Assembly (NCBI GenBank): GCA_964016885.1
Contig: OZ024740.1
Coordinates: 117,366,001 to 117,430,000 of the forward strand
Direction of reading: 5' to 3'
Length of the DNA: 64,000 bases
Source of the DNA: Eledone cirrhosa
Taxonomy: Eukaryota
The translations under genes and the position numbers were made by a program. Position 1 is the first letter of the stretch. Each line of letters starts with the position of its first letter. The notes under the pieces were generated by a model that was not told the DNA's origin, searched no databases, and was given only the letters and a program-made list of their open reading frames with translations. This document shows, one piece after another, positions 11,350-25,525 of this stretch.

Positions 11350-14300
11350 TATATATCATCATGATCATCATCATCGTTTAACGTCCATTTTCCAGGCTAA
11401 CACACACACATGTATATGTGTGTGTGTGTGTGTGTACCCATGTTAGCCTGGAAAATGGACGTTAAACGATGATGATGATTATGTGTGTGCATTTACCCTC
11501 TTGTTATGTCCCGTGGCCCTATTGACTTATCGGACAATAGTTATTTTGTAAAATGGCATCTAATATTTTCTCCCCTTCACCTATTTCTTCTTTGTTACAC
11601 ATCGTTTGATTCAACTATTACACATTTGTTTATTTATTTTGTCATTACTATGTAATTTCAGTTGTTTTGGTTTCTTTTCTTTGTCATTCCCGTCTGTGTT
11701 TTCTCGTCGTGATTCTCGTCCTTCAAAACACCCCAGAACAACGTTTAACTGTCTTGTTTAACATTGTGACCCAGAATGTTCCAGGAGTTATGTCACTAGA
11801 GTTCTGTCACTGTGTAAGACAATTTTATTAGCTGATGACTACAAATTTGTTTTCCCTATTGATGTGACAATCTTTCTATTTTCTATTTACCAATCTTGTC
11901 CCATAAAAGTTGGAAAGAAACGTATGCGGGGAACCGATCCAAACAACTTTCGTATATCAGTTGAGCACGTTTAACAATTACGCCAACTGATGCCTACCAA
12001 CCTTTTAGATTGAAGTGTGACGCTAGAAATGTAAACAAGATTTAATTGATTTACGAAATATTGGGACATTTGAAATTTAAAAAGATAGTTAAAACTTGAT
12101 TAAATAGGGTAAAATACTCCTGAAATATTTTCTAAAATTATACAAAGTAGTAGTTGTGCAAAATTTGTAAAGATTTTCATCGTGATTTTTCATACCGAAT
12201 ATGCTTATCCTCGATATATGCAGTAACTGTTCTGTTACTATTGAAAGTCCATCTGAGGATTGTTTGCAAAGTCTTTGTTAAAAAATGAAGTGCATTTTGA
12301 TGTGAGAAAACTACATATAGATAATATCTAAATTATAAAAGGAAACCTGTGATATTTTTTTCCACATGAGAATGTTTGTTTAGAAGTAGAGAAGGAAGGA
12401 AGAGATTGGGAGACATAACTGAGCAATGATGTTCACTGGAGATAGTGGAAAGTGGGTCGGAGAAAACTCTGTTGTCATGCGGCGATAAAAAACAAATAAT
12501 CCAAAATATGAGGAATAGAAGGAATGACTTTATTGCTAGAGGACTTGTCTTAGGTTTTTGAATAAGGTACAGACGAAGACTTTATTGACATTAAAGACGG
12601 CATATTTTTTTTTTTAATTGTCGATTACCTTGAGGGAGTAATACCACTATTTTGTGACAGATAAAAGCGAGTTTCGATTGACATAGGTCTATTAAAACTA
12701 TCATTCATTCCCATAGACATCGTGCATGATTCTATTCAAACATCGAAGAAGGAAAAAGTCTCAATTCGTTTGCAAAGCAAGATACAACCACTTCAAAATA
12801 ACGTGGCGCGGCGTTGGTTTCGTTTCGCAGGTCACATGTGCGCTTGCTAGGTGAGGTCGGCTCAACAACACATGGCACTGAACATTCTAGGGGGGCCTCA
12901 GACACGCACGAACAAGTTGCATATGTGTAAAGAGAACTACGGCAGATAATCCATGCTGGTGGAACATTAATGCCTTGTTTGAACATTATAATTGTTATTT
13001 TTTTCGGTTTTTGTTTTAACTTGTAAGAAAATTCTAAGCCAACTGCTGTTGTTAAATACTTTGTTTACGTTAGTTTACATTACAGCAGCTAATATATAGC
13101 TGGTGAAAAAGTGAGAGGAGTCAGCTGCATTTCAATGGTAACCAGATGTTAACGTTTTGAGAAAGAGAAAATATTCATTCTCAATGACCACATCAAAGTC
13201 CAGTTTTCTTTGAGAGCTTCAAGTCTTTGGTTCATCAATTGGAAGGAATAGTTTGGATTAGTTGAACATGAAATTAAGAGTTTACATATTCCCACATTCA
13301 AAAGTATTCGCTATTATTAGACGAAACAGTAAGTTTATTCTTCTTCTCGCATCTTAGTGCGTTTTATTGACAGCCATATTCAAAAATATATTGGTGAGAC
13401 CAGTGAAAATTATAGAATATGCTTTCAATTAGCAACGCCATCGCATTTATCGATGCAGCAAACAATACTGGACTTAATATAGAACCCTGTGAGATATGTT
13501 TCCTTAATCTCACCTATGATGGAATTGAGTAATGCTTAAACCATTTCAGTGACTATAATAAACAAAAAATATCTTCAATGATAATAAAACGTGTTTGCTA
13601 TTTGTAGATTTGAAATACTCCTACTGAGAGTTTTTATCAACTAATTACAAAAGAAATCGTTGTTGGTCGACGTTATCCAGCTCCTAAGCTGATAAGTGAT
13701 ATCCAGTCGTTTTTGTAATATATTTATGCAGAGTGATCAACGGAGGTGTTATTTTATCGGCCATATTCGCAACAGTTATATTTTCTCAGAACTAATATGT
13801 GATGTAATCCCTTCACCCAATCAGCCATGCATTTCCTATATAAGTTCAGACTGAGCTTCAGTCACATCAACCTCACCAGTGTGGAATCGTCTGCAAATGT
13901 CATACGCATTACATACCTTATCTGACTATCTTGTTAAACAAAAACACAGATAAACGAATAAGTACAAATTTCTTTGAAATTTCATTCCCATCCGTGGTCA
14001 TTGAAATCCAAGCCCTTTCTTAGCAAACCAGCGCGGATATATGCGGCTCTGTGATTAAAAAATCGTTTCGCAAACATACTGTTCGCTTCAGTTTTATTGT
14101 ATGGCATACTATAGCCTCCCGTTAACAATTGACTTGTGAGTAAAATTTAACTGTGCAGAAACTCGTCTCCTTCCCTCTCACTCTCTTTCCATCCCTCCCT
14201 CCCATTTCTGGACACACACACAAGTTGTTAGCGCCAGGTGAGACCTGATCGAAGGTATCCAACTATAGATGTATCTTCACTTTTTATATTATATCAGAGA

Positions 14301-14942
14301 TTATATTGTCCAGTGTATTCTTTTCAGTAACTGGACAACGACATTGCTGAGCCATCGCTTTGGGATAATTTAGTTGACTACCTTGACCCTAGTACTTAAT
14401 TATTTTAAAATCTAGAACTGAATTTAATCGATTTCTTTTTGTTGAACTGCTAAGTAAACGCAAATACGGACACACACATACGTATGTGTGTGTCCGTACT
14501 TGCGTTTACTTAGCAGTTCAGGTGAGACCTTCGATCAGGTCTCACCTGGCGCTAACAACTTCACATTGACAAATACATACAATTCATCCGAAACAAACTT
14601 CTAGCTGGGACTGGCAACAATTAAACTACTCTATGAAGCAATCTCTTTGCAATAAAACAAAACAAAACAAAAAACAAAAAAAAAAAAAAACACTCCAAAT
14701 AAAGACAGTATATGAAAACGCATATTTAGCAAACAGTTGTACTCTCTTTGGTAGAACATAATCCATTGGAGGGAACGTTTATATATTTGTGTGAACTGTT
14801 AGAAACAGCAACCGAATTATTTTCAAACTAGAGTGAAATTATATAGAGATCTAGATATACTGTATGAAAACAAACCGGGGAAATCGCACTTAGGATGTCT
14901 TTAATCATATGTCTAGTCAGAAAAGGTCGAAATAAGTGGCTA

Positions 14943-15008
14943 AAGAAGAAGAAGAAGAAGAAGAAGAAGAAGAAGAAGAAGAAGAAGAAGAAGAAGAAGA
15001 ACAACAAG

Positions 15009-15048
<40 letters not shown>

Positions 15049-15070
15049 GCAACAACAACAACAACAACAA

Positions 15071-15101
<31 letters not shown>
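14943..15101. repeat. Compound trinucleotide microsatellite (GAA)n(CAA)n(CAG)n
   Basis: Directly visible; similar tracts at 10445-10880 and 20510-20690. Confidence 0.95.
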
Positions 15102-15102
<1 letters not shown>

Positions 15103-15464
15103 TGAGCTAGGACACGGAAGTATTTCCGCCTAATTAATTTCGATGAATTGTTTTTCTTTTTAATCTTATATATACAAAGGTTTCTGAAAGAAACTCTAGG
15201 CCACATTTGGTTGGAGTGGTATAACGGATTAAATATCGCTTTCTTTCGCCAATTTGGGAAAGGGAATGGCTGATGCAGTGGGTATCGCTGGCTGTTTCTT
15301 GTGGCAATATTTACGGCACCTTGTCAGCGGAGCGCTGCTGTTGTATACTGCTCAACCAATGGTGTCATGTTTTCCACTTCCCTATTTTTCTTTACCCTTT
15401 TTCCTTCTAATTCATTTTCATCTCTGGTGTCCTTGAACCTCACACTTCTGATTTTATGTCGTCA

Positions 15465-15592
15465 AATTGGAAAGACGGTGGCCTGTTTGAATAGGGAATC
15501 TTGTGAGGTGGAGTGGCTGTTGCAGCGGGTGTCTCTGGCCATTCTCCTTGGTAGTAGTGCCTTTGCTATTTTGTCCGCGGGGTGCGACTGAG
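15465..15592 (+). mobile_element. CRE-like RLE 3' fragment
   Basis: EVEWLLQRVSLAILLGSSAFAILSAG, homologous to 5060-5160. Confidence 0.6.
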
Positions 15593-16124
15593 GCACCGCT
15601 CAGGCCGGAGTTGTGTGCCTGCTCTCCTCTCTTCTCCTTGCCTTTCGTTGCCCGATTCTTTTTTTTTGTGTTTCTTCTTTTCATTTCCTTGTTTTCGTTT
15701 TTTTTTTTGTGTTCCCTTTAAAAGTCTTTTTGTTTTTGTATAAACCGCTTTGTGCTTACCTTTACGTCTCGAAAATAAAACGAAAAAAATATTTTGAATT
15801 AGATAAAACAGAATGCGTAGAGTACACCACTCAGGATATCCATATTCTTTGGTTCCTTTCATTCATTCATACTTTTCTCCCCCTTCGCCCAAACCTCTTT
15901 CCAAAACATGCTGGCAGGTATCAGAGTTATGACCTGACACGACCTATAGTGACCTGATTGAAATGTATTTTTTTTGGCCAGCTGCTGAACATCTGTATCC
16001 TTAGAAAGAAATAAAATAAACCTCATCAAAGCAAATAATGTTATTTACTTTTTTACTCTTTATTTTCTTTTACTTTCTAAATGCTGTTGCTATATAGAAT
16101 GAATATGTATATGTACACACGCAA

Positions 16125-16202
<78 letters not shown>

Positions 16203-16399
16203 ACGCACACACACACACACACACACGAACACATTTTTTTCTTCTTAATTTGAAATAAATATATTTATTTATTGGCGTTTACCCGAATTTGTTTGTTTTG
16301 GGGTTTTTTTTTCTTGGGTATATATTGAGTTGTAACATAAATTCCCGCCGTTGTTATAATTTGTTTGTTTTCACTCTACGGCGGGAAGTTATGTTACAA

Positions 16400-16600
16400 C
16401 CTAATACATAACTTTTGGTTATGCCGTGGAGAGCGCCAAGCGACACACGCTGTCCTAGCCACTCTATCTCAGGTGGCCCTTTCCCCGGGCGAGATGTACT
16501 CTTCCCAATTTTCGGAGGTATACAGTAGTTTGGAAACCGTGGACACCGCGGCAATGCCTTTGCCATTTTGTCAGCCGGGCGCATCCTAGACGCCCGTCTG
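16400..16600 (-). mobile_element. CRE-like RLE 3' fragment
   Basis: EIEWLGQRVSLGALHG. Confidence 0.55.
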
Positions 16601-16759
16601 TCTCTCCATCTCCCCTTTTCCTTACATTCGATATTTAATTTTTTTCTTTCTTTCTTTTTTGTTTTTTTTAAATATGCAACCATTGATTTAAATATGCAAC
16701 CATTGATTTAAATATGCAACCATTTATTTTTAGCTTGTTATTAAAGAAATAATTTATCT

Positions 16760-18600
16760 CTTCGTAAAAACAAGGTCACTGTCTCCACTGTTGATCCTCT
16801 CATTGCTGAAAATGGCATTCTCCATGAAAATGGTAAAACCATGGGTGAGAAAAAATACTGTTCTGTTTTCAATAATTCTGATATGGGTGCTCTGGGCTGT
16901 ATCAGTGATGTTGATCACCAACACACTATATCTGACATAACGTTTGCCGCCCCTGCTGTCTTAGCGGCAATAAAGGGAATTAAACACAACTCAGCAGTAG
17001 GCCTCGATAGCTTCTCTCCTAATGTTCTGAAGGTGTGTCGACACCAACTTGCATCTCCTCTAGCTAATCTGTGGAGGAATTCACTGGACGCTGGCTATAT
17101 ACCCGAAACCTTTCTGTCCCAGTTTTCAAAAGGGGAAACAGGTGCGAATTACCGTCCGATCCCACTCACCTGTCATATCATTAATGTATTTGCGAATGTT
17201 GTGAGACCACGGATATCTCACATTCTTGAAAGCAAAAATCTGCTGAACGCCAACTAACATGGAAAGGACTGCCTAACGCAGCTCCTGCATCACTTTGCTG
17301 ATATTTTAAAAGCAGTGAGAGAGGGCTCCAACACTGGTGTCATATACTTTGATTTCAGCAAGCCCTTTGACAAGGTTGACCACAACATGCTACTGAAAAT
17401 CAATCCAACATTGGTGTCTCTGGATAGTTACTGCAATGGATCAAGAGTTTCTTGGCAAACAGAGCCGAACATGTTGGTATCCCACAAAGCACTAAGTTAG
17501 GCCCACTTCGCTTCATTATTTATGGGGCCGATAAAATAAAGTACCAGTAATGTACTGGGTAATTGCTGGCCTTGTGCCTAAAGTAGAAACAATTATTTAT
17601 ATCAATGACATTATCGACATCATCAAGCACAGCAGCATACGAATCTTTGCAGATGATTCCAAGCTCCAGAAGGTCATCAATGAAGTGGCAGACCAGACAT
17701 GCCTTCAGTCAGATCTACTTGCTGTTATTCATTGGTGGAACCCCACCCCCAAACAATGCTACTGAACGAGGGTAAATTTGAACTAATCCACTTTTGTAAT
17801 GAGGGTGCACTAAAGTTATCATATTCTCTTCCTTCAGTTGAAACCCTCGTGGCATCCAACAACATCATAGACCTGGGAGTAATTGTTGAAAACATTAGCT
17901 TGGCTACTCATTTAAACAAAAAAGTTGGCATGGTCCACAAGATATGTTCCTGGATTCTCAGAGTAATCCAGTCATGAGATATCCTCACCATTATCATTCT
18001 TTTCTCTATATTAACTCGACACCACATTGATACTGTTGTTCATTGTGGTCTCCCCACATGAAACAATGTATTATGAAAATTGAAGTAACCTAAATCACAA
18101 AAAAGATTGACGGCGTGACAGGCCTTGACTATTGGAGTTGACTAGAAAATCCCAAACTGTACTCACTCCAACACCGCCGTGAGCGCTACATTATCTGGAC
18201 GATGTGGAAAATATTCCATCAATATTGCCCAAATGATGTTGGCATCATCTTTAAAATACACCCAAGGCTTGGGCCCTGTGCTATCTGCCCGCGACAAAAA
18301 TCAAGCTTGCATCTCATAACATTCCGGCACAATTATTTCACCTCAACTGGTTCAGCTCTCTTTAACATTACACATAAAAACAGAAACAGATCCCATAAAA
18401 TTCAAAAGGTCAAAAGGTCTTTGGACAAATTCCTCCAAGAAATTCCGGTTAAACCTACTACACCAAGATATGCCCCACTCCCCATAACAATTCTCTACTT
18501 GAGTGGGCCATGATGTCCAAATAATGATTTGAAAGACTTTGCCAGGTGGTGATATTAAGTTAAACATGACCTGGGCCAATATTGGCCGACTCCTATCAAA
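16760..18600 (+). mobile_element. Decayed CR1/L2-type LINE (RT and C-terminus)
   Basis: NYRPIPLT, YFDFSKPFDKVDH, IFADDSKL, DLGVIV, YCCSLWSP, LYSLQHRRERY; stops and frameshifts; SINE fragment inserted at ~17522-17596. Confidence 0.85.
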
Positions 18601-18934
18601 GTTATGAAAGTTACTGTATTTCATATTTGAATATATGTAATTTATTATGATTTCGATTTTCCCCCGGCTGTTTATTTCTTACCAGAGTTATTAGTTTTGA
18701 AAATAAATTTTCTCATTACTAATGTTGTAATTTTAACTATTTAACATTTCTTGGCTTATTGCTTTAGAATCTATATTATTCAGAGAGAAACATAAAAGTT
18801 GAGGCGGGATACAACACGCGCAGGAAATAGAGGTTATGAAGTTTATGTTTTCTTTCCTCTATAAAGTATCAAGAGCGAAAGTTTCAAATATCTGCAACTG
18901 AGAATAAAAATTATTTGTAATTGATTTCTAAAAT

Positions 18935-19113
18935 AATTGTTTCTACATTAGGCACAAGTCCAGCAATTACTCAGTGCATTACTGGTACTTTATTTTATCG
19001 ACCCCGTAAGGATGAAAGGCAAAGTCAACCTCGGCGGGATTTGAACTCAGATAGTAAAGGGACGTAACTATGCTGGAAAGCATGGCGTTCGACCCTCTAC
19101 CGATACTGCCAAT
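18935..19113 (-). mobile_element. SINE, same family
   Basis: Full-length reverse-complement copy. Confidence 0.85.
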
Positions 19114-20528
19114 CCTAAAATAATGATGGTGGGAAAATAACGAGGACGCTGTTGATGATTGTAGTATTTCTTTGCCTATACTAGTTTCAAGGTGAATGAC
19201 ATCTCAATTCTTCATTGTTGAATTCGATGATTTTAGCCAAGGGATTTGGGAGCAGATCATTAAAAACAAGAATTCTTTAAAATAGCTTCAACTATTTCTA
19301 TTTCGAAAATAATAAGAAGCAGCATTCTATAAAAACGAGAAAAACAGTTGAGGGAGAGAAGGAACGAGTGAGAGAAAATGGGAGAGAAAGGAAGAGATAG
19401 AGAGAACAAAAGAAGTGCCAGAGAGATCGAGTGAGTGAAAGTGGGGGGAGAAGAAAAAATAAAATATGCTGGTTGGTGGTCACCATTCTGCCACACCTAA
19501 ATATACAATTCTATTCATTTCCGGCTCTGCTACTGACTTGACCATTTAATAGAAATTCATTTATTTATCTATTTATTTATTTACTAATTTGTTTGCTACT
19601 CTAGGTTGTTGTTAATTCAGGTCAACATTGATCGAACTGCCTTTACACATAAAATATAAAACTTAGTAATTCGTAAACAGAGGTCGAAAAACAATTCACC
19701 AAACTAAAATAATGTATATTTTTATTTGTTATAATTTTTTTGTTAAAAGATAATTTTAACATATACATGATCCCGATTTTGATATAGTTGGGTCATTTTA
19801 GCGTTGGGTTTCGTGAAAACGTTAAATCATCTGGTGTCAGGCTGTATAGATATATTTGGATGTGCAGATTTAATTTGTTCTGCATTCAAAACCAGCAATG
19901 TCAACTTTGTTTTTAACCTCTCAGGGTTGAAAAATAAAGCACTAGTCTAGTATTCGAACCTATTTAACGTGCATTTCAAACATCTTAGATAGGAACGAAT
20001 TACAATCTGTTAAGACAACATGAATTTCATGTCTTTTTAAGTCACTAAGAGGGAAAGCAGTTCTATACATTAATAAAAACAAAACCTTAAGTCGCTGGCA
20101 CTAGCCACACAAATATTAATTACAAGTCTTGTTTCGTACTTATTTAATACAAGTGCCTGTAATTATAATATCTTTATTTGCCACAACGTTTTACCCGTAT
20201 GGGTAATTGGCTTTATGCCTATATATAAAAAAATAAATGATAAAAATTTTCAGAGATGAAGTGCAGATAAGAGAAACTCAATGAAGAAACAATGCCCGTA
20301 TAGAAATTCAAATAACTATTAAAAACATATGAAGATATGTAGGCTATTGCACGCACTTAGTCTTTTATTTATTCTATATTTAGACAAAATCACAATAACA
20401 AATGCTGTACTGTCGTTGTTTTAATTAAATAACTCAGATTTTATCTGACTATATTGATAATTAAATCAAGCTACAATATTATAATTATTTATTATTATTA
20501 ATATTATTGGTAGTAGTAGTAGTAGTAA

Positions 20529-20565
<37 letters not shown>

Positions 20566-20587
20566 GGTGGTGGTGGTAGTTGTGGTC

Positions 20588-20653
<66 letters not shown>

Positions 20654-20976
20654 ATAGTTGTGGTAGTAGAAGTAGCAGTAGTAGTAGTATCATGATCATC
20701 AACAGCATCATATTCTTCATCACCAACATTACCATTATTAACTGACAGCTCTTTGTTCACATTCTTCAAATGAGTTGACGATTTGAAGAATCGAAAACAA
20801 ATGCTACCAGTTAAGCGAACTTAATGAAGCATCGCATTCTCTAAAACGTGCTTACAGATGTCTATAGTTAAAGCAGGCTTATAAAAACCCACATGCCATA
20901 GTAAGTGATGTATATATATATATATATGATAAAAGTAAGATTGCTGGTATTATTTCAACGTATATATGTATATATA

Positions 20977-21169
20977 TAACGAAGGAGTCGTGGTAAGGAA
21001 CCAGATAAACCATAACGCACCAGAGTACTCAATACTTAGGGTAGTAGAGTGGGTAATAGGAGAAAGTATGACCCCGACGGCAGAGCTCAAGCCGTTTCGA
21101 CGGCTATTTCTGGACTAATGTCTTTAGTCCAGAAATAGCCGTCGTAACGGCTTGAGCTCTGCTTTCTCC

Positions 21170-21170
<1 letters not shown>
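20977..21170 (+). repeat. TA-targeting fold-back element, family A
   Basis: Same body; hairpin centre ~21120. Confidence 0.8.
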
Positions 21171-21205
<35 letters not shown>

Positions 21206-21502
21206 TATAAAGTTTTACATATACATAAAGTTATAGATATATATGTTGCAACCGGTCACTTTTAATTGGAAGAAGAAACGGTATATATTTTATCTAATAA
21301 TTCTAAAGACATGATTTATGATATATATATATATATATATATATATCACGATAAATTAACGGAGCCATAGGCCCTCGCCATTCCCTGTAAATAATGTGCT
21401 CAAAGAAGAAGTCCTGAGCTCTTTAAAATACAATATGTTGAAAACGTAACACACCAGAGAGATATATACAGTGCGCTATCAATAAAACGGAAATATATAT
21501 AT

Positions 21503-21705
21503 ATAACGAAGGAATTGTGGTAAGGAACCAGATGGACCAATACTTAGGGTAGTAGAGTGGGTAATAGGAACAAGCATGACTCCGACGGCAGAGCTCAAGC
21601 CGTTTCGACGGCTATTTCTGGACTAAAGACTAGAAATAGCCGTCGAAACGGCTTGAGCTCTGCCGTCGAAACGGCTTGAGCTCTGCCGTCGGAGTCATGC
21701 TTGTT

Positions 21706-21710
<5 letters not shown>
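21503..21710 (+). repeat. TA-targeting fold-back element, family A
   Basis: Same body; hairpin centre ~21626; internal duplication in the return arm. Confidence 0.8.
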
Positions 21711-21770
<60 letters not shown>

Positions 21771-21772
<2 letters not shown>

Positions 21773-21960
21773 TGTATATTATATAGTGACGAAACATAAG
21801 TCAATTGCATGAACTCATAATCCTTTATTTACTGCTATATATATTTTGATGATATCCATTGAATGGCTATGACCTCATCAGGCAGTTAGTCAGTTCTTAG
21901 ATATGCCAGCTCTGTGTTTATGGTGTTGATGGTATCAGAGCCTTGGGACATATATACTGT
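21771..21960 (-). mobile_element. Solo pLTR fragment related to the 57-61 kb PLE, with a mutated hammerhead (21831-21886)
   Basis: Minus strand: actgc-CTGATGA-ggtcatagcca..tggatatcatc-AAAA-tatatata-gcagt-aaataaa. GAAA core changed to AAAA; TA arrays on both sides. Confidence 0.7.
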
Positions 21961-22394
21961 ATATATATATATATATATATATCCCTTTCTTTAAACCATT
22001 GAACGCCCACCCATCCTGTAGACACCTGCCTTACAGGCATTGTTAGTCTAAGTGATAAACTAGGATTGGTATTCCAAATTTGATTTTTGTTTACAGTATT
22101 CTTTCTGCCTTTGTTAATACTATAGCTTTAAAGAATTAGCTTTTAATGAACTCCCTTTTCTTTAAATCATTCAACCAATGACCTCTACCCATCCCAATCA
22201 CCACCCTCTCCTACCACCAGAAAAGAAAATATATAAATACCACTACTTATCTGGACAGCCAACTCCCTGCTGATTTCTCACGAATGAAACAGTTCTAGTC
22301 CTGTAGAAGCTCTTCTATATTAAAACGTTTATACTCTGCTATGTATTGAGTACCTTATTTACTGTGGTTACCTCCGATTCAACCCGGAATAACT

Positions 22395-22459
<65 letters not shown>

Positions 22460-22463
<4 letters not shown>

Positions 22464-22702
22464 CGAAGGAGGTGTGGTAAGGAACCAGATGGACCATAAC
22501 GCATCAGAGTACTCAATACTTAGGATAGTAGAATGGGTAAAGGAAAATGTTTAACCCTGATGGCAGAGCTCAAACCGTTTCGACGGCTATTTCTGGACTA
22601 ATCCAGAAATAGCAATCGAAACGGCTTGAGCTCCGGCGTCGGGGTCTTGAATATTTTCCTATTACCCACTATACTGGTTCCTTACCACCCTTCCTTCGTT
22701 AT
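22460..22702 (+). repeat. TA-targeting fold-back element, family A
   Basis: Same body; return arm reaches the terminal cttcgtt. Confidence 0.8.
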
Positions 22703-23109
22703 ATATATATATATATATATATATGCATATGTGTGTGCGTTGGATGTGGATAGGTGTGGGTGGTGTACTGCCTCTTCGCTTCCCCCTTTTTTTGTTTTCT
22801 GTTTACTGTCTCCACTTAAAAAAAAATATATATATGTATATATATATATACATATATATACACACACACACACACATATATATATATATGTGTGTGTGTG
22901 TGTGTTGTGCGTAACTCTGGGTAGCAATACAGGAAGTAACTATGTCGACGACATCAGCCTTCTCTCGATATCGGTCGGGCATTGCAATGTCAGCTGACTA
23001 ACATGAAGAACTTTCTCTACAAAACGTCGAAATTCAATGTGGACAAGGAACTGGAGTCAACTCTGGCAACCTATATACCAACTCAATAAGGATGACATCA
23101 AATTCAATT

Positions 23110-23815
23110 CTACCTAAATGAGGATCAAGTCTTCTTTAGACCAACGCCGTCACTCCTGCCATGGGTCTGTCTCGCCGCCATGCAGCAGCGTGTGGCTTAC
23201 TTTGGTGCCTTCTTCAGCAACCGGTACCATACTTGATAATGAGTGCGCCCTCATTGGGTTGGCTTTACGCTATTTCCTCCACATGTGCGCGTCACACAAA
23301 TGCCGTTGTGAGAGCCAACATCTTGGAGCTTGGACTATATTCGTTCTCTTTTAACCACACAGCAGGTTGCTTACCTCGACACCCCGCTGTGAACATCATC
23401 TTCAGGAGCCTTGACGTGGCCGGTTTCTTATCATGGAATGACAGTAAGTGTCCAGATGGTTAATCTTTTTTCCCTATTCGAGGTGAGTAAATCACGAACC
23501 TGTAACGACATATACAGCGACGCGTTCTCCACTTTGAACTTTATCGTTTCGGCTGCAAATACAGGCACTGCCACCCGTAACATAGTGGGATGGATGGTAA
23601 TGAAATAGAACCCACTACCTTTTCATGCCGAGAGCCCTCAAGACCTCCAGTGTTTCCGGTTCGCGGCCTGACGATTTCCTCTACCAAACCGAAAGGAGTG
23701 CATCCCACTCGAAAAATGAGTCCTGTGAGGGAGAATGAATTGTGCAGCGGGTGCCCCTTGCTTTTCTCCGCTGCTATGGTTTCATAATCTTGTCCACGGG
23801 GCGCAGCTGCGATAT
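23110..23815 (+). mobile_element. Decayed CRE-like non-LTR fragment (CCHC + RLE region)
   Basis: WLTLVPSSATGTILDNE...ALR...HKCRC, PRH.AVNII.RSL, PDG; frameshifted. Confidence 0.6.
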
Positions 23816-25413
23816 CACCCAGCTTTGGGAATAAAGTTCATCCTCTCCCTTTCTCCATCCTTTGTTTAATTATTTAGTTCTTCTACCCCTTCGCCTCCTT
23901 TCGTTGATGTGGTAAATAACTTTAGTTCAATTACTATTATAGACAACATTACTTCTCAGATTTCATCGGGCATATAACAGAAAATGGAAGACAGGCGCAT
24001 AGCAAATAGAAGAGACTACATAACTGTTGTTCTAATATACGCACAATATTTGATATACACAAGAGAATAAACTTAATTATTTATAAGCTGATTTTTATGT
24101 AATATTTTTTCCATGTCTGCCGAGGGAAAAGAAGCCTTAAGTATGAATTGCTTCAAAGAAGTATTTTGTTTATATTCTGAATATTGTTTCTATTGTTGTT
24201 CCTAAGCGGTAGTGTTGAAGATTTTTTTGGGAGGCTGGTATTGTGCTGGATTAAAATTCTTACAGAGGTTTTAGTTCAGGATTCTCTTCGGAGTTGATTT
24301 ATCTAATTCATCTTTCCGGGAGAATGAAATAATTCTTCTGAAGAATTCTTTACGAGTGAAAACATTTTTTTTTCACTTATATTTTTCTTTCATTGTAATT
24401 CGTGTAAATATTGGTGTTATACTATGGAAGATTCATTTTATTCTAATACTTAAAATGTTGTTTAGTTCAGCCATTGCTATATTATAAGGTCAAATCTCGC
24501 TGGAGTGGATCCTTCTCGTAGTGTATGCAATATGTATCAGTAACATTGCCTCTTTAAAACAAATTGACATTGTAATTTGCGTAAGAAATATTTTATTTCT
24601 CGGGTTTCAGGTTAAATAAGCAAAACGCGAACGATTCTTTTGAATTGTATTTATTTTTCTTTGCATTTTTCTTATTCTTCCTTTTCTCGATATTTGTTTA
24701 TTCTCTCGCTCTCTCTCTCTCTTTCTCTCTCTCCCTCTTTCTCTCTCTCTCACCCTCTCTCTCTCTTTCTCTCTCCATCCTTCTCTGTTGCATTTTCAAA
24801 ACTTAAGGAGCAAGCATGTTTTCACGTAGACCTTAGATGCAGTTAGGCTTTGGGGCCATATGGTTTTGTTGAAATGTAACCTTATATTGCAGCAAATTGA
24901 AAGCTTTCTTGAGAACAGGCAAGCTTGTTTAGATGAAACGTTTGCGTCACTAGCAAGTGGTTCCGAGTTCTAATGCCCAGTACGTCATCAAGCGTAATTA
25001 TTTGTTATTTTAGTCTTGTGTCAACCCAAGTCATGTGAAGGAAATTAAATAGATGGGATTGTGTGAAAGCCCATCCGATTGCACATGTTCTTGAGTAGTA
25101 AACCTAATACGTCATTTGCTTTAGCAACACAACTCGGCTCTTGTGTATCTTCAGTGGAGTTCACTTTGTTTCAAGAAGTCGGATCTGGTCTCCTATCTGA
25201 GGAGAAATTAATACATTGATGAACTGCTTCCTACGACAACAATGTTCGATGGCCCTTTAGATATCAGAAACGCTGTCCATATATAAACAATACATAGAAA
25301 TATAGAAAGGTTCTAACATTATAACAGTACACAGTTTACGAATGTCACACACACACACACACACACACGCACACACACACACACACACACACGCACACAC
25401 ACGCACACACGCG

Positions 25414-25525
<112 letters not shown>

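Noticed and set aside
11831-11850. CTGATGA motif
   Set aside because: No downstream GAAA or stems; more likely a decayed RT ADD codon run.
11915-11995. tRNA-like sequence on the minus strand
   Set aside because: Acceptor, anticodon and T stems do not pair; at most a decayed SINE head.
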